Shown here: in pieces, positions 7,755-17,939 of the stretch | Layout: each line of letters begins with the position of its first letter | Numbering within the stretch: position 1 is the stretch's first letter | Assembly: GCA_000432255.1 (NCBI GenBank) | Contig: HF989914.1 | Coordinates: 11,270 to 75,269, forward strand | Direction: 5' to 3' | DNA from: Acholeplasma sp. CAG:878 | Lineage (GTDB): Bacteria; Bacillota_I; Bacilli_A; RF39; UBA660 | Length of the DNA: 64,000 nt | The notes under the pieces: model-generated | What the model saw: only the letters and a program-made list of their open reading frames with translations | What the model was told of the DNA's origin: nothing | The model's database searches: none | Translations under genes and position numbers: made by a program

Positions 7755-7974
7755 CTCCTTTTAATTTACTATTATATCATAACTTATTTAAATTACTAAA
7801 TATAATTATACTACTCACTTTCAATATTCTTTTTATTTTTATTAGTTGGTTTAAAATTACCGAAAAAGTTTACTGTCATTTATCGAACGTTAAAAGAAAA
7901 AATATTGACGAAAATATTGGCAACATAGTTAAATTCGAAAACTTTTGGAAGTTTTTTAATATAATACATCAAAA

Positions 7975-8003
7975 AAGCCTTTATTTATAAGGCTCTTTAT
8001 TTT
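7975..8003 (-). terminator. Intrinsic terminator downstream of tRNA-Leu
   Basis: Minus strand: AGCCTT-ataaata-AAGGCT followed by TTTTTT. Confidence 0.5.
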
Positions 8004-8008
8004 ATATT

Positions 8009-8093
8009 TGGTGCGTGAAAAGAGACTTGAACTCTCACGATTATTAATCACAGACACCTCAAGCCTGCGTGTCTACCATTCCACCATTCACGC
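8009..8093 (-). tRNA. tRNA-Leu (anticodon GAG), class II with long variable arm, CCA encoded
   Basis: Minus strand: GCGTGAA-TG-GTGG-AATGGTAGA-CACG-C-AGGCT(T)TGAGG... The acceptor stem GCGTGAA/TTCACGC is perfect. The anticodon stem CAGGC/GTCTG encloses loop TTGAGGT (anticodon GAG). It has a long variable arm, T-arm GAGAG-TTCAAGT-CTCTT, discriminator A and CCA. Confidence 0.85.
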
Positions 8094-8103
8094 ATAAGAA
8101 GCT

Positions 8104-9408
8104 TTAATCTTTTGCTTTTAAAGCTTCATACATTTTTTTAAACATCCCACCACTTGAATAGTTTAATATACCTACTTTATATATTTTTAATCCGTATTTA
8201 ATCAACAAATATATTACAATAATCATTACAAATATAGCAATTACAAAATCAATAATAGTAAATTGTCCTAATACTAAAAGTGATGGCGCTAAAATAGCAG
8301 AAATAAATGGAAAGAAACCTAATATTTTTATAAATAATGCTCCTTTAAAAACTCCAGCCATCATAGCAAGATAATAACCTAATAATGAAATAATCATAAT
8401 TGGGCTTTGAATTTGTTGGAAATCTTCAGTATTTGTAGTCATACTCGATAAAATACCAGCAAGTAGTGAATATCCAACCATAGTTACCAACATAAGTATT
8501 AATATTAAAGGTATTAGATATGAAAGTGAATCCATAAATGATTGTGGTATCATAGATACAACATCACCTATAATATCAGTTGCTCCTGCTGTAATAGTAC
8601 TATTTCCTCTTAAAATAAAACCTATAATTCCATATCCTATTAATAACAAACCTTGAATAATTACAAATATATTACCAGCAATTACTTTAGAAAAGAAATG
8701 TACCTTTGGTGAAACATTAGATATTATAATTTCCATTCCTTTAGTAGTTTTCTCGTCATTAACTTCAGCGCCTATCATCTGGACTAAGAAAATCGACAAC
8801 ATAAAGAATGGTAATATAACAACTGGAAAAACCGATGTCATAATAATATTCATGTTTTCATCAACAGAAGAATCTTTATTCAAAACCTCCCTATCAATAT
8901 TAACTGAACTAGTTAAAGCATTCAACTCTTCCTCTGAAATATTATGTTTTTCAATTGCCATAACTAATTTAGTATTATTTATAGCTGTTGTTATAATTGG
9001 AATATCAACCAAATCTAAATAATCGTTTGTAATCATTTTAACGGATATAACATTTTCTTCATTATTGTCAAAAACAATTACTATACTATTTTTTTCTTCT
9101 TCGTTTTCTTTAAGCATAGTTACTGCTTCGTCATATGTTTTGTCATATAAAGATAAATTATAATTAGAATCATCTTTATTTATATAACCATCAAATAAAG
9201 AATATGCTTTATTAGTGTTATCAATTACATATATATTAGTTTTAGAGTCGAAATCTCCTCCGAAAAACTTAATAACACTATCTATATTAATTATACCAAT
9301 TATTAATACAGCTAAAGCAATGTTAGCTACTAAAAACCATTTTGTTTTAGTTTTTCTCTCTAAACTTTGTTTTATAAGAAATTTTAATTTATTTTTCATA
9401 GCTTTCAC
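8104..9408 (-). CDS. ABC-2 family transporter permease (multi-TM)
   Basis: 434 aa with an N-terminal TM helix, a large extracytoplasmic domain and six C-terminal TM helices. It is translationally coupled to the ATPase gene upstream. Confidence 0.8.
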   Translation of the reverse strand: MKAMKNKLKFLIKQSLERKTKTKWFLVANIALAVLIIGIINIDSVIKFFGGDFDSKTNIYVIDNTNKAYSLFDGYINKDDSNYNLSLYDKTYDEAVTMLKENEEEKNSIVIVFDNNEENVISVKMITNDYLDLVDIPIITTAINNTKLVMAIEKHNISEEELNALTSSVNIDREVLNKDSSVDENMNIIMTSVFPVVILPFFMLSIFLVQMIGAEVNDEKTTKGMEIIISNVSPKVHFFSKVIAGNIFVIIQGLLLIGYGIIGFILRGNSTITAGATDIIGDVVSMIPQSFMDSLSYLIPLILILMLVTMVGYSLLAGILSSMTTNTEDFQQIQSPIMIISLLGYYLAMMAGVFKGALFIKILGFFPFISAILAPSLLVLGQFTIIDFVIAIFVMIIVIYLLIKYGLKIYKVGILNYSSGGMFKKMYEALKAKD

Positions 9409-10297
9409 CTACTTTTTCAACAAATATTTCGTTTAGTGATGGTTCTTCAACAACAAATTTAGTTATGTTTGAACATCTACTAACATATTCAAACACTAAA
9501 GGAACAACATCTTCACTTTCAATTTTAATTTCATATTGAGAAGCTTCTTCTAAGACACTTACAACACCTTTTATTTTCTTAACTTCTAATACATCAATGT
9601 CGCCACATACTTTGATATTTTTCTTACGATATTGCTTTTTGATATCAACTAAATTTCCTTCTAAAACACTTTTTCCTTTTAATAAAACAACTAATTTCTT
9701 ACAAAATAATTCAACATGTTCCATTCTGTGAGATGAAAATATTATCATACTACCATTTTCAGCCATTCTAACAATTTCTGATTTAAACAATTCAACGTTA
9801 AATGGGTCTAATCCAGAAAATGGTTCATCTAAGATTAACAATTTTGGTTCATTAATAATAGCAGTAATGAATTGAATTTTTTGTTGATTACCTTTTGATA
9901 GTTCTTTAATTTTTTTATCTGCATATTCACTAATTCCAAATTTTTCAAGTAGTTCTTCCATTTTTTTATTAATTTTATCTATACTCATACCTTTTAGAGT
10001 GCCATAATAAATACATTGTTCTCTAACTGTCAATTTTAATAATAAACTTCTTTCTTCAGTTAGAAAACCTATTTCATCAGTAACACTATAATCTATTTTT
10101 TTACCATCTAGTGTTATTTTACCACTACTTAGTGGAAGTAAGCCCATAATCATTCTAAAAGTTGTTGTTTTTCCTGCCCCATTAACACCTAATAGTCCAA
10201 ATATTTCACCTGGTTTGACTTCAAAAGATAAATTATCTACTGCTAAGAAATCTCCATAATATTTTGTAACATTCTCTACTTTTAACACTATATCCAC
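9389..10297 (-). CDS. ABC transporter ATP-binding protein (ABC-2/NatA-like)
   Basis: Walker A GVNGAGKTT, ABC signature LSKGNQQKIQ, Walker B LLILDEPFSGLD, H-loop. Confidence 0.9.
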   Translation of the reverse strand: MDIVLKVENVTKYYGDFLAVDNLSFEVKPGEIFGLLGVNGAGKTTTFRMIMGLLPLSSGKITLDGKKIDYSVTDEIGFLTEERSLLLKLTVREQCIYYGTLKGMSIDKINKKMEELLEKFGISEYADKKIKELSKGNQQKIQFITAIINEPKLLILDEPFSGLDPFNVELFKSEIVRMAENGSMIIFSSHRMEHVELFCKKLVVLLKGKSVLEGNLVDIKKQYRKKNIKVCGDIDVLEVKKIKGVVSVLEEASQYEIKIESEDVVPLVFEYVSRCSNITKFVVEEPSLNEIFVEKVGESYEK

Positions 10298-10620
10298 CTT
10301 ACATTATCAATTTTTGATAACCTTTCTTCTTCAAACTTATCATATAGTCTACACATATTATTCATCAATTTTACACAAGGACTATATAAATCATCACTAA
10401 ATTCTTTAAAATAATTTTGTATATATCGATAAAATTCATCTTTATTTGTATATGCATCAAAAACTATATCTAATTTCTTTTTGTTTTTATTATTTCCAAA
10501 TAAATGTTCTTGAAAATTTTCAATTAAAACTTTCGATATTTCATCATTTTCTTGATACAAAAAATTAACGATTTTATCATAATTAGGACTATTATTGATA
10601 ATAGTATCTATACTTGCCAT
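10288..10620 (-). CDS. Hypothetical protein (first gene of the ABC operon)
   Basis: ORF only, 110 aa, overlaps the ABC ATPase start by 10 nt. Confidence 0.5.
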   Translation of the reverse strand: MASIDTIINNSPNYDKIVNFLYQENDEISKVLIENFQEHLFGNNKNKKKLDIVFDAYTNKDEFYRYIQNYFKEFSDDLYSPCVKLMNNMCRLYDKFEEERLSKIDNVRWI

Positions 10621-10627
10621 AAGTCAC

Positions 10628-11635
10628 CTACCTAAATCTTGTTATATCATTAAATGTAATAATTATCATTAATACCATAAGTAAAATAAAACCAATCGAA
10701 TGAATAGTGTTTTCAACTTTTGGATTTAAAGGTTTTTTTCTTACCTTTTCAATTAACATAAACAATATTCTTCCACCATCAAAAGCTGGAATTGGAAGTA
10801 AATTAATAAACCCAACATTTAAACTTAAATATCCCATTAAATATATTACATAAATTAAACCTATTTTAGCGCTTTCTCCTACTATATTATATATTCCAAC
10901 TGGACCAGATAAAGCGTTTAATTTCAAGTCTCCGGTAATCAAATAAAATATAATTAAAAACATTTGCTCTACTAAACTAATAAATTTTAAAAACGCATAT
11001 TTAATTGCTTCAAAGAAACCATATTTAACATTTTCTTTAAGCGTAAATCCATAATTATCTTCAAACGGAATATTAATAACTTCCTCTTTTCCATCAAGCA
11101 TTGTTGTAAGTTCTAATGTTTTTCCATAACTGATTTGATATTCTAATAAAAATCTATCTTGGTTATTAACTTTAACTCCATTTATTTTGGTTACTACCAT
11201 TCCACTTTTTAAATTCATTTTATAAGCGCTGCCATCTTCAGGTACTTGGTCTATTACAACACTTCCTATATTATTTCCTTTAACTAAACCAAAAATAAAG
11301 AAAATTATAAACGCAAATATAAAGTTAAACATAACTCCGGCAATGATAGTTAAAAATCTTTGTTTCCAAGTTTTTGACTGCATTCTCTTTTCTTCTGGTA
11401 TGTTTTCATCAACTTCAATTGATTCTCCTGATAACTGAACATAACCACCAATTGGAAGTAATCTTATACTATAATCAGTTTCATCATTTTTTCTGTTAAA
11501 TTTAAATAGTCTTGGTCCCATTCCAATACTAAATTCATATACATAGATTCCTGCTTTTTTAGCAAACAGAAAATGACCAAATTCATGGACACAAACTGTA
11601 ATACTTAAAACTAATATAAAATATATAATTGTCAT
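10628..11635 (-). CDS. rseP: RIP zinc metalloprotease RseP/RasP (site-2 protease, M50 with PDZ)
   Basis: HEFGHFLFAKKAG HExxH motif in TM1, central PDZ-like region, C-terminal LNLLPIPAFDGGR motif; conserved cdsA-rseP adjacency. Confidence 0.85.
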   Translation of the reverse strand: MTIIYFILVLSITVCVHEFGHFLFAKKAGIYVYEFSIGMGPRLFKFNRKNDETDYSIRLLPIGGYVQLSGESIEVDENIPEEKRMQSKTWKQRFLTIIAGVMFNFIFAFIIFFIFGLVKGNNIGSVVIDQVPEDGSAYKMNLKSGMVVTKINGVKVNNQDRFLLEYQISYGKTLELTTMLDGKEEVINIPFEDNYGFTLKENVKYGFFEAIKYAFLKFISLVEQMFLIIFYLITGDLKLNALSGPVGIYNIVGESAKIGLIYVIYLMGYLSLNVGFINLLPIPAFDGGRILFMLIEKVRKKPLNPKVENTIHSIGFILLMVLMIIITFNDITRFR

Positions 11636-11644
11636 AAATTCCCC

Positions 11645-12424
11645 CTATAATAATTTACTAAAATATACAAATGCTAACATAACTAAAATTATACTATCTA
11701 GCCTATCTAATATTCCTCCATGACCAGGCATAATATTTGAAAAATCTTTTATATTATGATTTCTTTTAATTTGCGAGAAAAACAAATCTCCTAGATGACC
11801 TACGATTGATAATACGAGTGTTATAAATGTTATTTTTAAAATAGAAGCATAAGGGTTAACTACAATTAAATACATCACTGTACTTAATATAACTCCTAAT
11901 ATAATTCCCCCTATATATCCTTCATAACTTTTATTAGGTGAAATTTCATTTACTTTATGTCGTCCAATAATAGTTCCGATTGCGTGAGCAAATGTATCAT
12001 TAAATATAGTTATTGAAAATAAATATACAAACAAAGGTAGACTCATGTTTCTAATAATCGGAAATAATGAAAAACCTAAACTTAAAAACAATGTGTATCC
12101 TAAAGTTTTAAATGTACCATCGACAGTATAAGTTTTATGATATAAAAGTGCAAGAAAACAAAAAATAAGAAATATAATAGAAACCATATTAATATCAAAT
12201 ATATTTGTAAATGATTTACTATCTAAATTAGAGTATACAATCATCATAGAACTTATAAAAGATACTAATTTAATTCCATTAGGACTATCATTAATTTTTA
12301 AAAATTCTCTTAATCCTAAAGCAGCTAGTATTATAACTAATAATTTAAAATAAATATCTCCTACATAAATAATTGGTACACATACAGAAAGTGCGATTAC
12401 TGCACTAATAACTCTTCGTTTCAT
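11645..12424 (-). CDS. cdsA: Phosphatidate cytidylyltransferase
   Basis: CdsA signature ...MPGHGGILDRLDS... in a multi-TM protein. The start is at ATG 12424 (MKRRVIS), preceded by a GGAGGT SD; the ORF-track ATG at 12436 is part of that SD. Confidence 0.85.
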   Translation of the reverse strand: MKRRVISAVIALSVCVPIIYVGDIYFKLLVIILAALGLREFLKINDSPNGIKLVSFISSMMIVYSNLDSKSFTNIFDINMVSIIFLIFCFLALLYHKTYTVDGTFKTLGYTLFLSLGFSLFPIIRNMSLPLFVYLFSITIFNDTFAHAIGTIIGRHKVNEISPNKSYEGYIGGIILGVILSTVMYLIVVNPYASILKITFITLVLSIVGHLGDLFFSQIKRNHNIKDFSNIMPGHGGILDRLDSIILVMLAFVYFSKLL

Positions 12425-12516
12425 ATTTACCTCCATAAATATCTCTATATAATATTATAATATATTTAACTTTTTAATACAAGAAAAAGAAGTAAAATGC
12501 TTCCTAAAATATAGTA

Positions 12517-12547
12517 TAATTTGATTAACAAAAAAAGAAGTAAAAAC
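12517..12547 (-). terminator. Intrinsic terminator after the rpsP-KH operon
   Basis: Minus strand: AAGAAGTTTTTACTTCTT followed by TTTTTTT. Confidence 0.4.
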
Positions 12548-12550
12548 TTC

Positions 12551-12796
12551 TTAAATAGAATCAATATGAATTCTAACTTTTTTATCGTTATGTGCGTAAG
12601 ATGATGCCTGAACAATCGTTCTTATCGCATTAGCAATAATGCCACCTTTTCCAATGACATAACCAATTTCATCATTACTTACTAATACTTCAATATGTAT
12701 TTCGTCTTCTAAAGGAGCAAATTGTTTGACAGAAACTGATGCTCCATCTTTAACTAAACTTTTAACTAAAAAACTTACTAAGTCGGCATAATTCAT
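12551..12796 (-). CDS. KH-domain RNA-binding protein (YlqC-like)
   Basis: 81 aa with GKGGIIANAIRTIV, a KH GXXG motif, immediately downstream of rpsP as in Firmicutes. Confidence 0.8.
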   Translation of the reverse strand: MNYADLVSFLVKSLVKDGASVSVKQFAPLEDEIHIEVLVSNDEIGYVIGKGGIIANAIRTIVQASSYAHNDKKVRIHIDSI

Positions 12797-12798
12797 AA

Positions 12799-13074
12799 TT
12801 ATTTACCTTCTTTTTTGTTTGCGTGATTTTTAGCTAAAATTCCTTGTTTTTTGAAAATATTTCTTACTGTATCAGTAGGTTCTGCTCCGTTTCCTAACCA
12901 TTTTAAAGCCAATTCTTCATCAATTTTGATTTCAGCTGGTTCTGTAATTGGATTATAAGTTCCAATAGTTTCAATAAATTTTCCATCTCTTGGACTACGA
13001 GAATCAGCGGCTACGATACGATAAAATGGTCTTTGTTTACTTCCCATTCTTTTTAATCTTAATTTAACTGCCAT
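12799..13074 (-). CDS. rpsP: 30S ribosomal protein S16
   Basis: [35 protein letters not shown]... from the internal ATG at 13074 with SD AGAAAGGAAG; the ORF-track N-extension is spurious. Confidence 0.9.
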   Translation of the reverse strand: MAVKLRLKRMGSKQRPFYRIVAADSRSPRDGKFIETIGTYNPITEPAEIKIDEELALKWLGNGAEPTDTVRNIFKKQGILAKNHANKKEGK

Positions 13075-13161
13075 AATTTCCTTCCTTTCTTTATTCATTT
13101 TAACACAAAAATATAATAGTGTCAACCTTTTTTGGTTAACACTATTATATGTTTTTATTTA

Positions 13162-14760
13162 TTAATCCATTCTAGTAAATAATAAATCTAAATTATTAAT
13201 TTTAAGATTGCCTTTTAAGTTATATTCTTCCCATTTATATTCATCTAAATTCAACATATCTTTAATTTTATTTGCACTTGATGGCATAAATGGATTTAAT
13301 AAATTTGATAAATTAGCCATTATATAAACACAAGTATATGTTATATCGTTAAATTCATCAATATTTTCTTTTACTTTAACCCAAGGTTCATTTTCATCAT
13401 AGTATTTATTACCTAATGTAGCATATTCAATAATACTTTCAATTGCTTGTCTTAATTCACCTTTTTCAATTAATAAACCAACTTCATTATATAAGTTAAT
13501 AGTTGTTTCTTTAATTTTAGAATCAATTACCCCTTCTTTTATAATTCCGTCAAATTTTTTATTGATAAATGATAAGTTACGATTGATGAAATTTCCAATT
13601 ACTCCAACTAAAAATTTGTTGTGGTAGTTAACTAAATCAGTGCTTGAAAAATTAACATCCTTTTTTTCAGGTCCATTATTAATCATATACATTCTAACTG
13701 TATCTTTATTATAGTTTTCAGCTAAATAATCAACTGTAATCAAATTACCTTTACTTTTACTCATTTTCTCATCATTCATATTAACATATTCACTTGAGAT
13801 AATATATTTTGGTAATTGCCATTTTGGATTAATTGCTTGTAATAGTGCTGGATAAATAATAGTATGGAAAGTAATATTATCCTTACCATGTACAAAATAA
13901 GTTCTTAAATTGTCATTATCAGTTACAAAAGAATTAAAGTCGATTCCTCTTTTCTTTAAAACTTGTTCACTTGCTGTTAGATAACCTAAAACAGCTTCAA
14001 TCCAAACATATATTTTTTTATCTTCGTATCCTGAAACTGGTACATCAACACCCCAATCAAGTTGTCTTGTAGCTGCTCTATCAATTAAACCTAAATTTAA
14101 ATATTTTTTTGATTCATTTAAAGCATTTTTACGCCAATCATTCTCATGACTATTTATAAATTCTTCTAAAACTTTTTGAAATGCTGATAATTTAAAATAT
14201 AAGTGTTTATTTTTTTTAATTATTGTTTCGCTATTACATGTTTTACAATGTTTTGAAAGAAGTTTAGAAGGGTCGATTGGACTTAAACACTCATCACACT
14301 GTTCTCCCATCGCTTTTCCCCCACAAATTGGACAAGTACCTAATATTTCTCTATCTGATAAAAATTCTTCGCAATTAGGACAATAATCTTGTTCTTCTTC
14401 CTTTTCATAAATGTAACCATTTTCTAATATTTTAGTAAAATATTCCATTACTTTTTGTTTATGTGTTAGAGTCATTGTAGCGGTATATAAATCATAAGAA
14501 AAATCTAATGAATTAAAACTATTTACAAATTCTTCGTGATATTTAGTTGCAATATCAACAGGTTTAACTCCTTCTTTTTTAGCTCTTACAGTAATTGGTG
14601 TTCCATGACAATCACTTCCTGATACATAAACAACCTCATCACCTAAACCTCTATAATATCTAGCAATAACATCAGCTGGAAGTAATGCGGCTAAGTGACC
14701 TATATGCAAAGAGTTATTTGCATAAGGCCACGCTCCTCCTATTAGTATATTTCTTTTCAT
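13162..14760 (-). CDS. metG: Methionine--tRNA ligase (short form)
   Basis: Class I aaRS with HIGH-type motif (SLHIGHLAAL), four-Cys zinc knuckle (CPNCEEF...CPICGG), KMSKS (KMSKSKGN). Confidence 0.9.
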   Translation of the reverse strand: MKRNILIGGAWPYANNSLHIGHLAALLPADVIARYYRGLGDEVVYVSGSDCHGTPITVRAKKEGVKPVDIATKYHEEFVNSFNSLDFSYDLYTATMTLTHKQKVMEYFTKILENGYIYEKEEEQDYCPNCEEFLSDREILGTCPICGGKAMGEQCDECLSPIDPSKLLSKHCKTCNSETIIKKNKHLYFKLSAFQKVLEEFINSHENDWRKNALNESKKYLNLGLIDRAATRQLDWGVDVPVSGYEDKKIYVWIEAVLGYLTASEQVLKKRGIDFNSFVTDNDNLRTYFVHGKDNITFHTIIYPALLQAINPKWQLPKYIISSEYVNMNDEKMSKSKGNLITVDYLAENYNKDTVRMYMINNGPEKKDVNFSSTDLVNYHNKFLVGVIGNFINRNLSFINKKFDGIIKEGVIDSKIKETTINLYNEVGLLIEKGELRQAIESIIEYATLGNKYYDENEPWVKVKENIDEFNDITYTCVYIMANLSNLLNPFMPSSANKIKDMLNLDEYKWEEYNLKGNLKINNLDLLFTRMD

Positions 14761-14772
14761 ATTTTATTCCTT

Positions 14773-17148
14773 TCATTTTACAACTATATTTACTATTTTA
14801 TTTGGTATAACTATTTCTTTTACAATTGTTTTTCCTTCTAAATATTTTAAAACATTACTTAATTCTTTAGCACATTTTAACATTTCTTCATTAGAACTAT
14901 TTAAAGCAATTGTAGTAGTTCCTCTTACTTTACCATTTACTTGAACAGCAAGTTCATACACTTCTTCTTTTGCTTTTTCTTGTTCAAATGTTGGCCATTT
15001 TTCATATGCTATAGTATTATTATGCCCTAGTTTTTCCCATAATTCCTCTGTTATGAAAGGTATTACTGGATTTAACAATTTTAAGAAACCTTCAGCGTAT
15101 TCTTTTGGAAATATATCTTCTTTGTATACTGCATTTACAAAAATCATCATTTGACTTATAGCAGTATTAAAATTAAGTGTCTCATAATCTTCAGTTACCT
15201 TTTTAACTGTTTGATGATATATTTTTTCTAAATTTTTATTTTCTAAATCTTTTATATTTCCTTCAGTATACAATCTGTATATTCTTTCAATAAATCTATG
15301 AGCTCCATTAACACCATCACTATTCCATGGTTTATCTGCTTCAAGAGGTCCCATAAACATTTCATATAATCTTAATGTATCTGCACCATATTCTTTTACA
15401 ACATCATTAGGATTAACAACATACTCTGGATATCTTTTTCCCATTTTAATTCCATTAGAGCCTAATATCATTCCTTGATGAACTAATTTTTTAAATGGCT
15501 CTTTAACTGGAGATACTCCTTTATCATATAAATAGTTATTCCACATTCGTGAATATAGTAAGTGTCCAACAGCGTGTTCAGGACCACCAACATATAAATC
15601 AACTGGCATCCAATGTTTTAATAAATCTTTATCAGCTATTTCTTTATCGTTATTAGGGTCGATATATCTTAAGAAATACCAACTTGAACCAGCACTACCA
15701 GGCATTGTAGAAGTTTCTCTTTTTCCAAGAGGTGTATTTACCCAAGAAGTTGCTCTTTCAAGTGGTGAGGCACCATCCTTAGAAGGACTATAATTATCTA
15801 ACACAGGTAATACTAAAGGTAAGTCTTTATCATCTAATGCAATGATATTATCATTATTATGAATTACAGGTATTGGTTCTCCCCAATATCTTTGTCTAGC
15901 AAATATCCATTCTCTCAAACGATAATTTACTTTTTTATTACCTTTTTTATTTTCTTCTAGCCATTCTAGCATTTTATTTATAGCATCTTCTTTGTTTAGA
16001 CCATTTAAGAAACCAGAATTAATATGAATACCATCACCTATATAAGCGGAATTAGCTACATCTCCACCTTCGATTACAGGTATAATTTTTATGTTGAATT
16101 TTCTAGCAAACTCATAATCACGTTCATCATGAGCAGGAACAGCCATAATCGCACCAGTACCATAACTTGCTAAAACGTAATCAGATATCCAAATAGGAAT
16201 TTGTTCATTGTTAACAGGATTTATTGCATATGCTCCTGTAAAAACACCAGTTTTTTCTTTATTTAATTCTGTTCTTTCCAAATCAGATTTTGATGCACAT
16301 AATTTTTGATAATTAATTACCTCTTCTTTTTTATCTTCAGTTGTTATTTTTGAAACATATTCATGTTCAGGGGACAAAACACAATATGTTGCTCCAAACA
16401 ATGTATCGCATCTTGTTGTAAATACTGTAAATTCTAAATCATGATTAGCAATTTTAAACACTACATTAGCGCCAATAGATTTTCCAATCCAATTTCTTTG
16501 CATTTCTTTAGTTGACTCTGGCCAATCTATTTCTTCTAAACCACTTAGTAATCTTTCGGCATATTTAGGAATGTCAATTACCCATTGTTTCATATTTTTT
16601 CTTATTACTGGATAACCCCCTCTTTCACTTTTACCATCGATTACTTCATCATTAGCTAGTACAGTTCCAAGTTCAGGACACCAATTAACAGGCATATCTA
16701 TTTGTTTAGCTAAGCCATCATTAAATAATTGTTTAAAAATCCATTGAGTCCATTTATAATATTTTGGGTCACTTGTAGATACTTCTTTAGACCAATCATA
16801 AGAAAAACCCAACATTTTTAATTGTTCTTTAAATATTTCAATATTTTTTTCTGTAAATCCATTAGGATTTTTTCCAGTTTTAATAGCAAATTGTTCAGCT
16901 GGTAAACCAAAAGAATCAAATCCCATTGGGTGTAATACATTAAAACCTTGCATTCTTTTCATTCTTGATACAATATCAGTTGCTGTATACCCTTCTGGGT
17001 GTCCTGCATGTAATCCTACTCCTGATGGATAAGGAAACATATCTAAACAATAAAATTTTGGTTTACTAAAATCTTTTATATCTGTTCTAAAAGTATCGTT
17101 ATCTTCCCAATACTTTCTCCATTTTTTTTCTATTTCACTTGTATTCAT
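14773..17148 (-). CDS. leuS: Leucine--tRNA ligase
   Basis: 791 aa, [20 protein letters not shown] (HIGH region) and the LeuS editing-domain signature; lies 12 nt upstream of metG. Confidence 0.9.
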   Translation of the reverse strand: MNTSEIEKKWRKYWEDNDTFRTDIKDFSKPKFYCLDMFPYPSGVGLHAGHPEGYTATDIVSRMKRMQGFNVLHPMGFDSFGLPAEQFAIKTGKNPNGFTEKNIEIFKEQLKMLGFSYDWSKEVSTSDPKYYKWTQWIFKQLFNDGLAKQIDMPVNWCPELGTVLANDEVIDGKSERGGYPVIRKNMKQWVIDIPKYAERLLSGLEEIDWPESTKEMQRNWIGKSIGANVVFKIANHDLEFTVFTTRCDTLFGATYCVLSPEHEYVSKITTEDKKEEVINYQKLCASKSDLERTELNKEKTGVFTGAYAINPVNNEQIPIWISDYVLASYGTGAIMAVPAHDERDYEFARKFNIKIIPVIEGGDVANSAYIGDGIHINSGFLNGLNKEDAINKMLEWLEENKKGNKKVNYRLREWIFARQRYWGEPIPVIHNNDNIIALDDKDLPLVLPVLDNYSPSKDGASPLERATSWVNTPLGKRETSTMPGSAGSSWYFLRYIDPNNDKEIADKDLLKHWMPVDLYVGGPEHAVGHLLYSRMWNNYLYDKGVSPVKEPFKKLVHQGMILGSNGIKMGKRYPEYVVNPNDVVKEYGADTLRLYEMFMGPLEADKPWNSDGVNGAHRFIERIYRLYTEGNIKDLENKNLEKIYHQTVKKVTEDYETLNFNTAISQMMIFVNAVYKEDIFPKEYAEGFLKLLNPVIPFITEELWEKLGHNNTIAYEKWPTFEQEKAKEEVYELAVQVNGKVRGTTTIALNSSNEEMLKCAKELSNVLKYLEGKTIVKEIVIPNKIVNIVVK

Positions 17149-17500
17149 TCATTACACATCCTTTTTTTATATAATATTTTCCAATTAAACTATAACATAT
17201 TACTAATAGTGGTATTAGAGTTAAGAAACCAACTAATAGTTGTAAAACAAAATTTTTGACTAAATAAGTTGTCATAAAAGCAGTAGAAATTATGAACGCG
17301 TTAGAGAGCGCGATTACATTCATAAATTTAGTTATATTTATTTTATTTAAATCTAAATTAAACCTTTTGACAAAAAACATAACTTGATTGCTTTTTTTAA
17401 ATTTTTCTATTTTTGATTTTTGCAGGATTACCGTCGCGAGGTAAAATAAGTATATGATTGCAAAAGATATTAAATATATTATAAAATACATATATATCAC
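17135..17500 (-). CDS. Hypothetical small membrane protein (doubtful)
   Basis: 121-aa hydrophobic ORF overlapping the leuS start. In AT-rich DNA such ORFs arise by chance, so it could instead be the leuS 5' leader. Confidence 0.35.
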   Translation of the reverse strand: MIYMYFIIYLISFAIIYLFYLATVILQKSKIEKFKKSNQVMFFVKRFNLDLNKINITKFMNVIALSNAFIISTAFMTTYLVKNFVLQLLVGFLTLIPLLVICYSLIGKYYIKKGCVMNEYK

Positions 17501-17814
17501 CTTTATTAATTATATTATAAATTTCCTTTAATTACAAGAAAAATATGGCAATCACTAAAAAATTTAAAACATTATCTTTTCATTGAATTACTATGATAAA
17601 GAACTTCACACATGTGTATGTATTCCAAAAGATATACAAATTACTAGCAAATTTGAAGAATGTAAACCAGGATATTGATGGTTATACGCTTAAAGGTTAA
17701 AATGCTATAAAAATAATTAACTTTTAACAAGAAATAAATTTCTTAATTCATGTTTTATATACAACAATCACATTTTTTCTCACCTCCTAATTCTTGTCGT
17801 ATATTATTTAATTT

Positions 17815-17895
17815 CAACCAAAAAAAGATTGAAATATGTGATAAAAGTATCTATTTCAATCTTTTAAAAAAATGAATGTTTAAACATTCATTTTT
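17815..17895 (-). terminator. Two tandem intrinsic terminators downstream of ppdK
   Basis: Minus strand: ATGAATGTTTAAACATTCAT followed by TTTTTTT, then AAGATTGAAATA...TATTTCAATCTT (12-bp stem) followed by TTTTT. Confidence 0.5.
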
Positions 17896-17939
17896 TTAGT
17901 TTTTTATATAATCATAGGATTTACAGTATTTTAAGTAAA

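Noticed and set aside
17149-17500. T-box riboswitch upstream of leuS
   Set aside because: GTGGTA/TACCAC-like fragments occur (for example plus 17203-17215 ATAGTGGTATTAG). They are on the wrong strand or lack the full AGGGUGGNACCGCG box, a specifier loop and a terminator/antiterminator pair, so the call is not supportable.
17770-17800. Orphan strong Shine-Dalgarno AGGAGGTGAG followed by AUGUGA (start-stop) on the minus strand
   Set aside because: It has no downstream ORF. It is probably fortuitous or a minimal start-stop element. A near-0A-box TGTCGTA lies nearby, but there is nothing to regulate.
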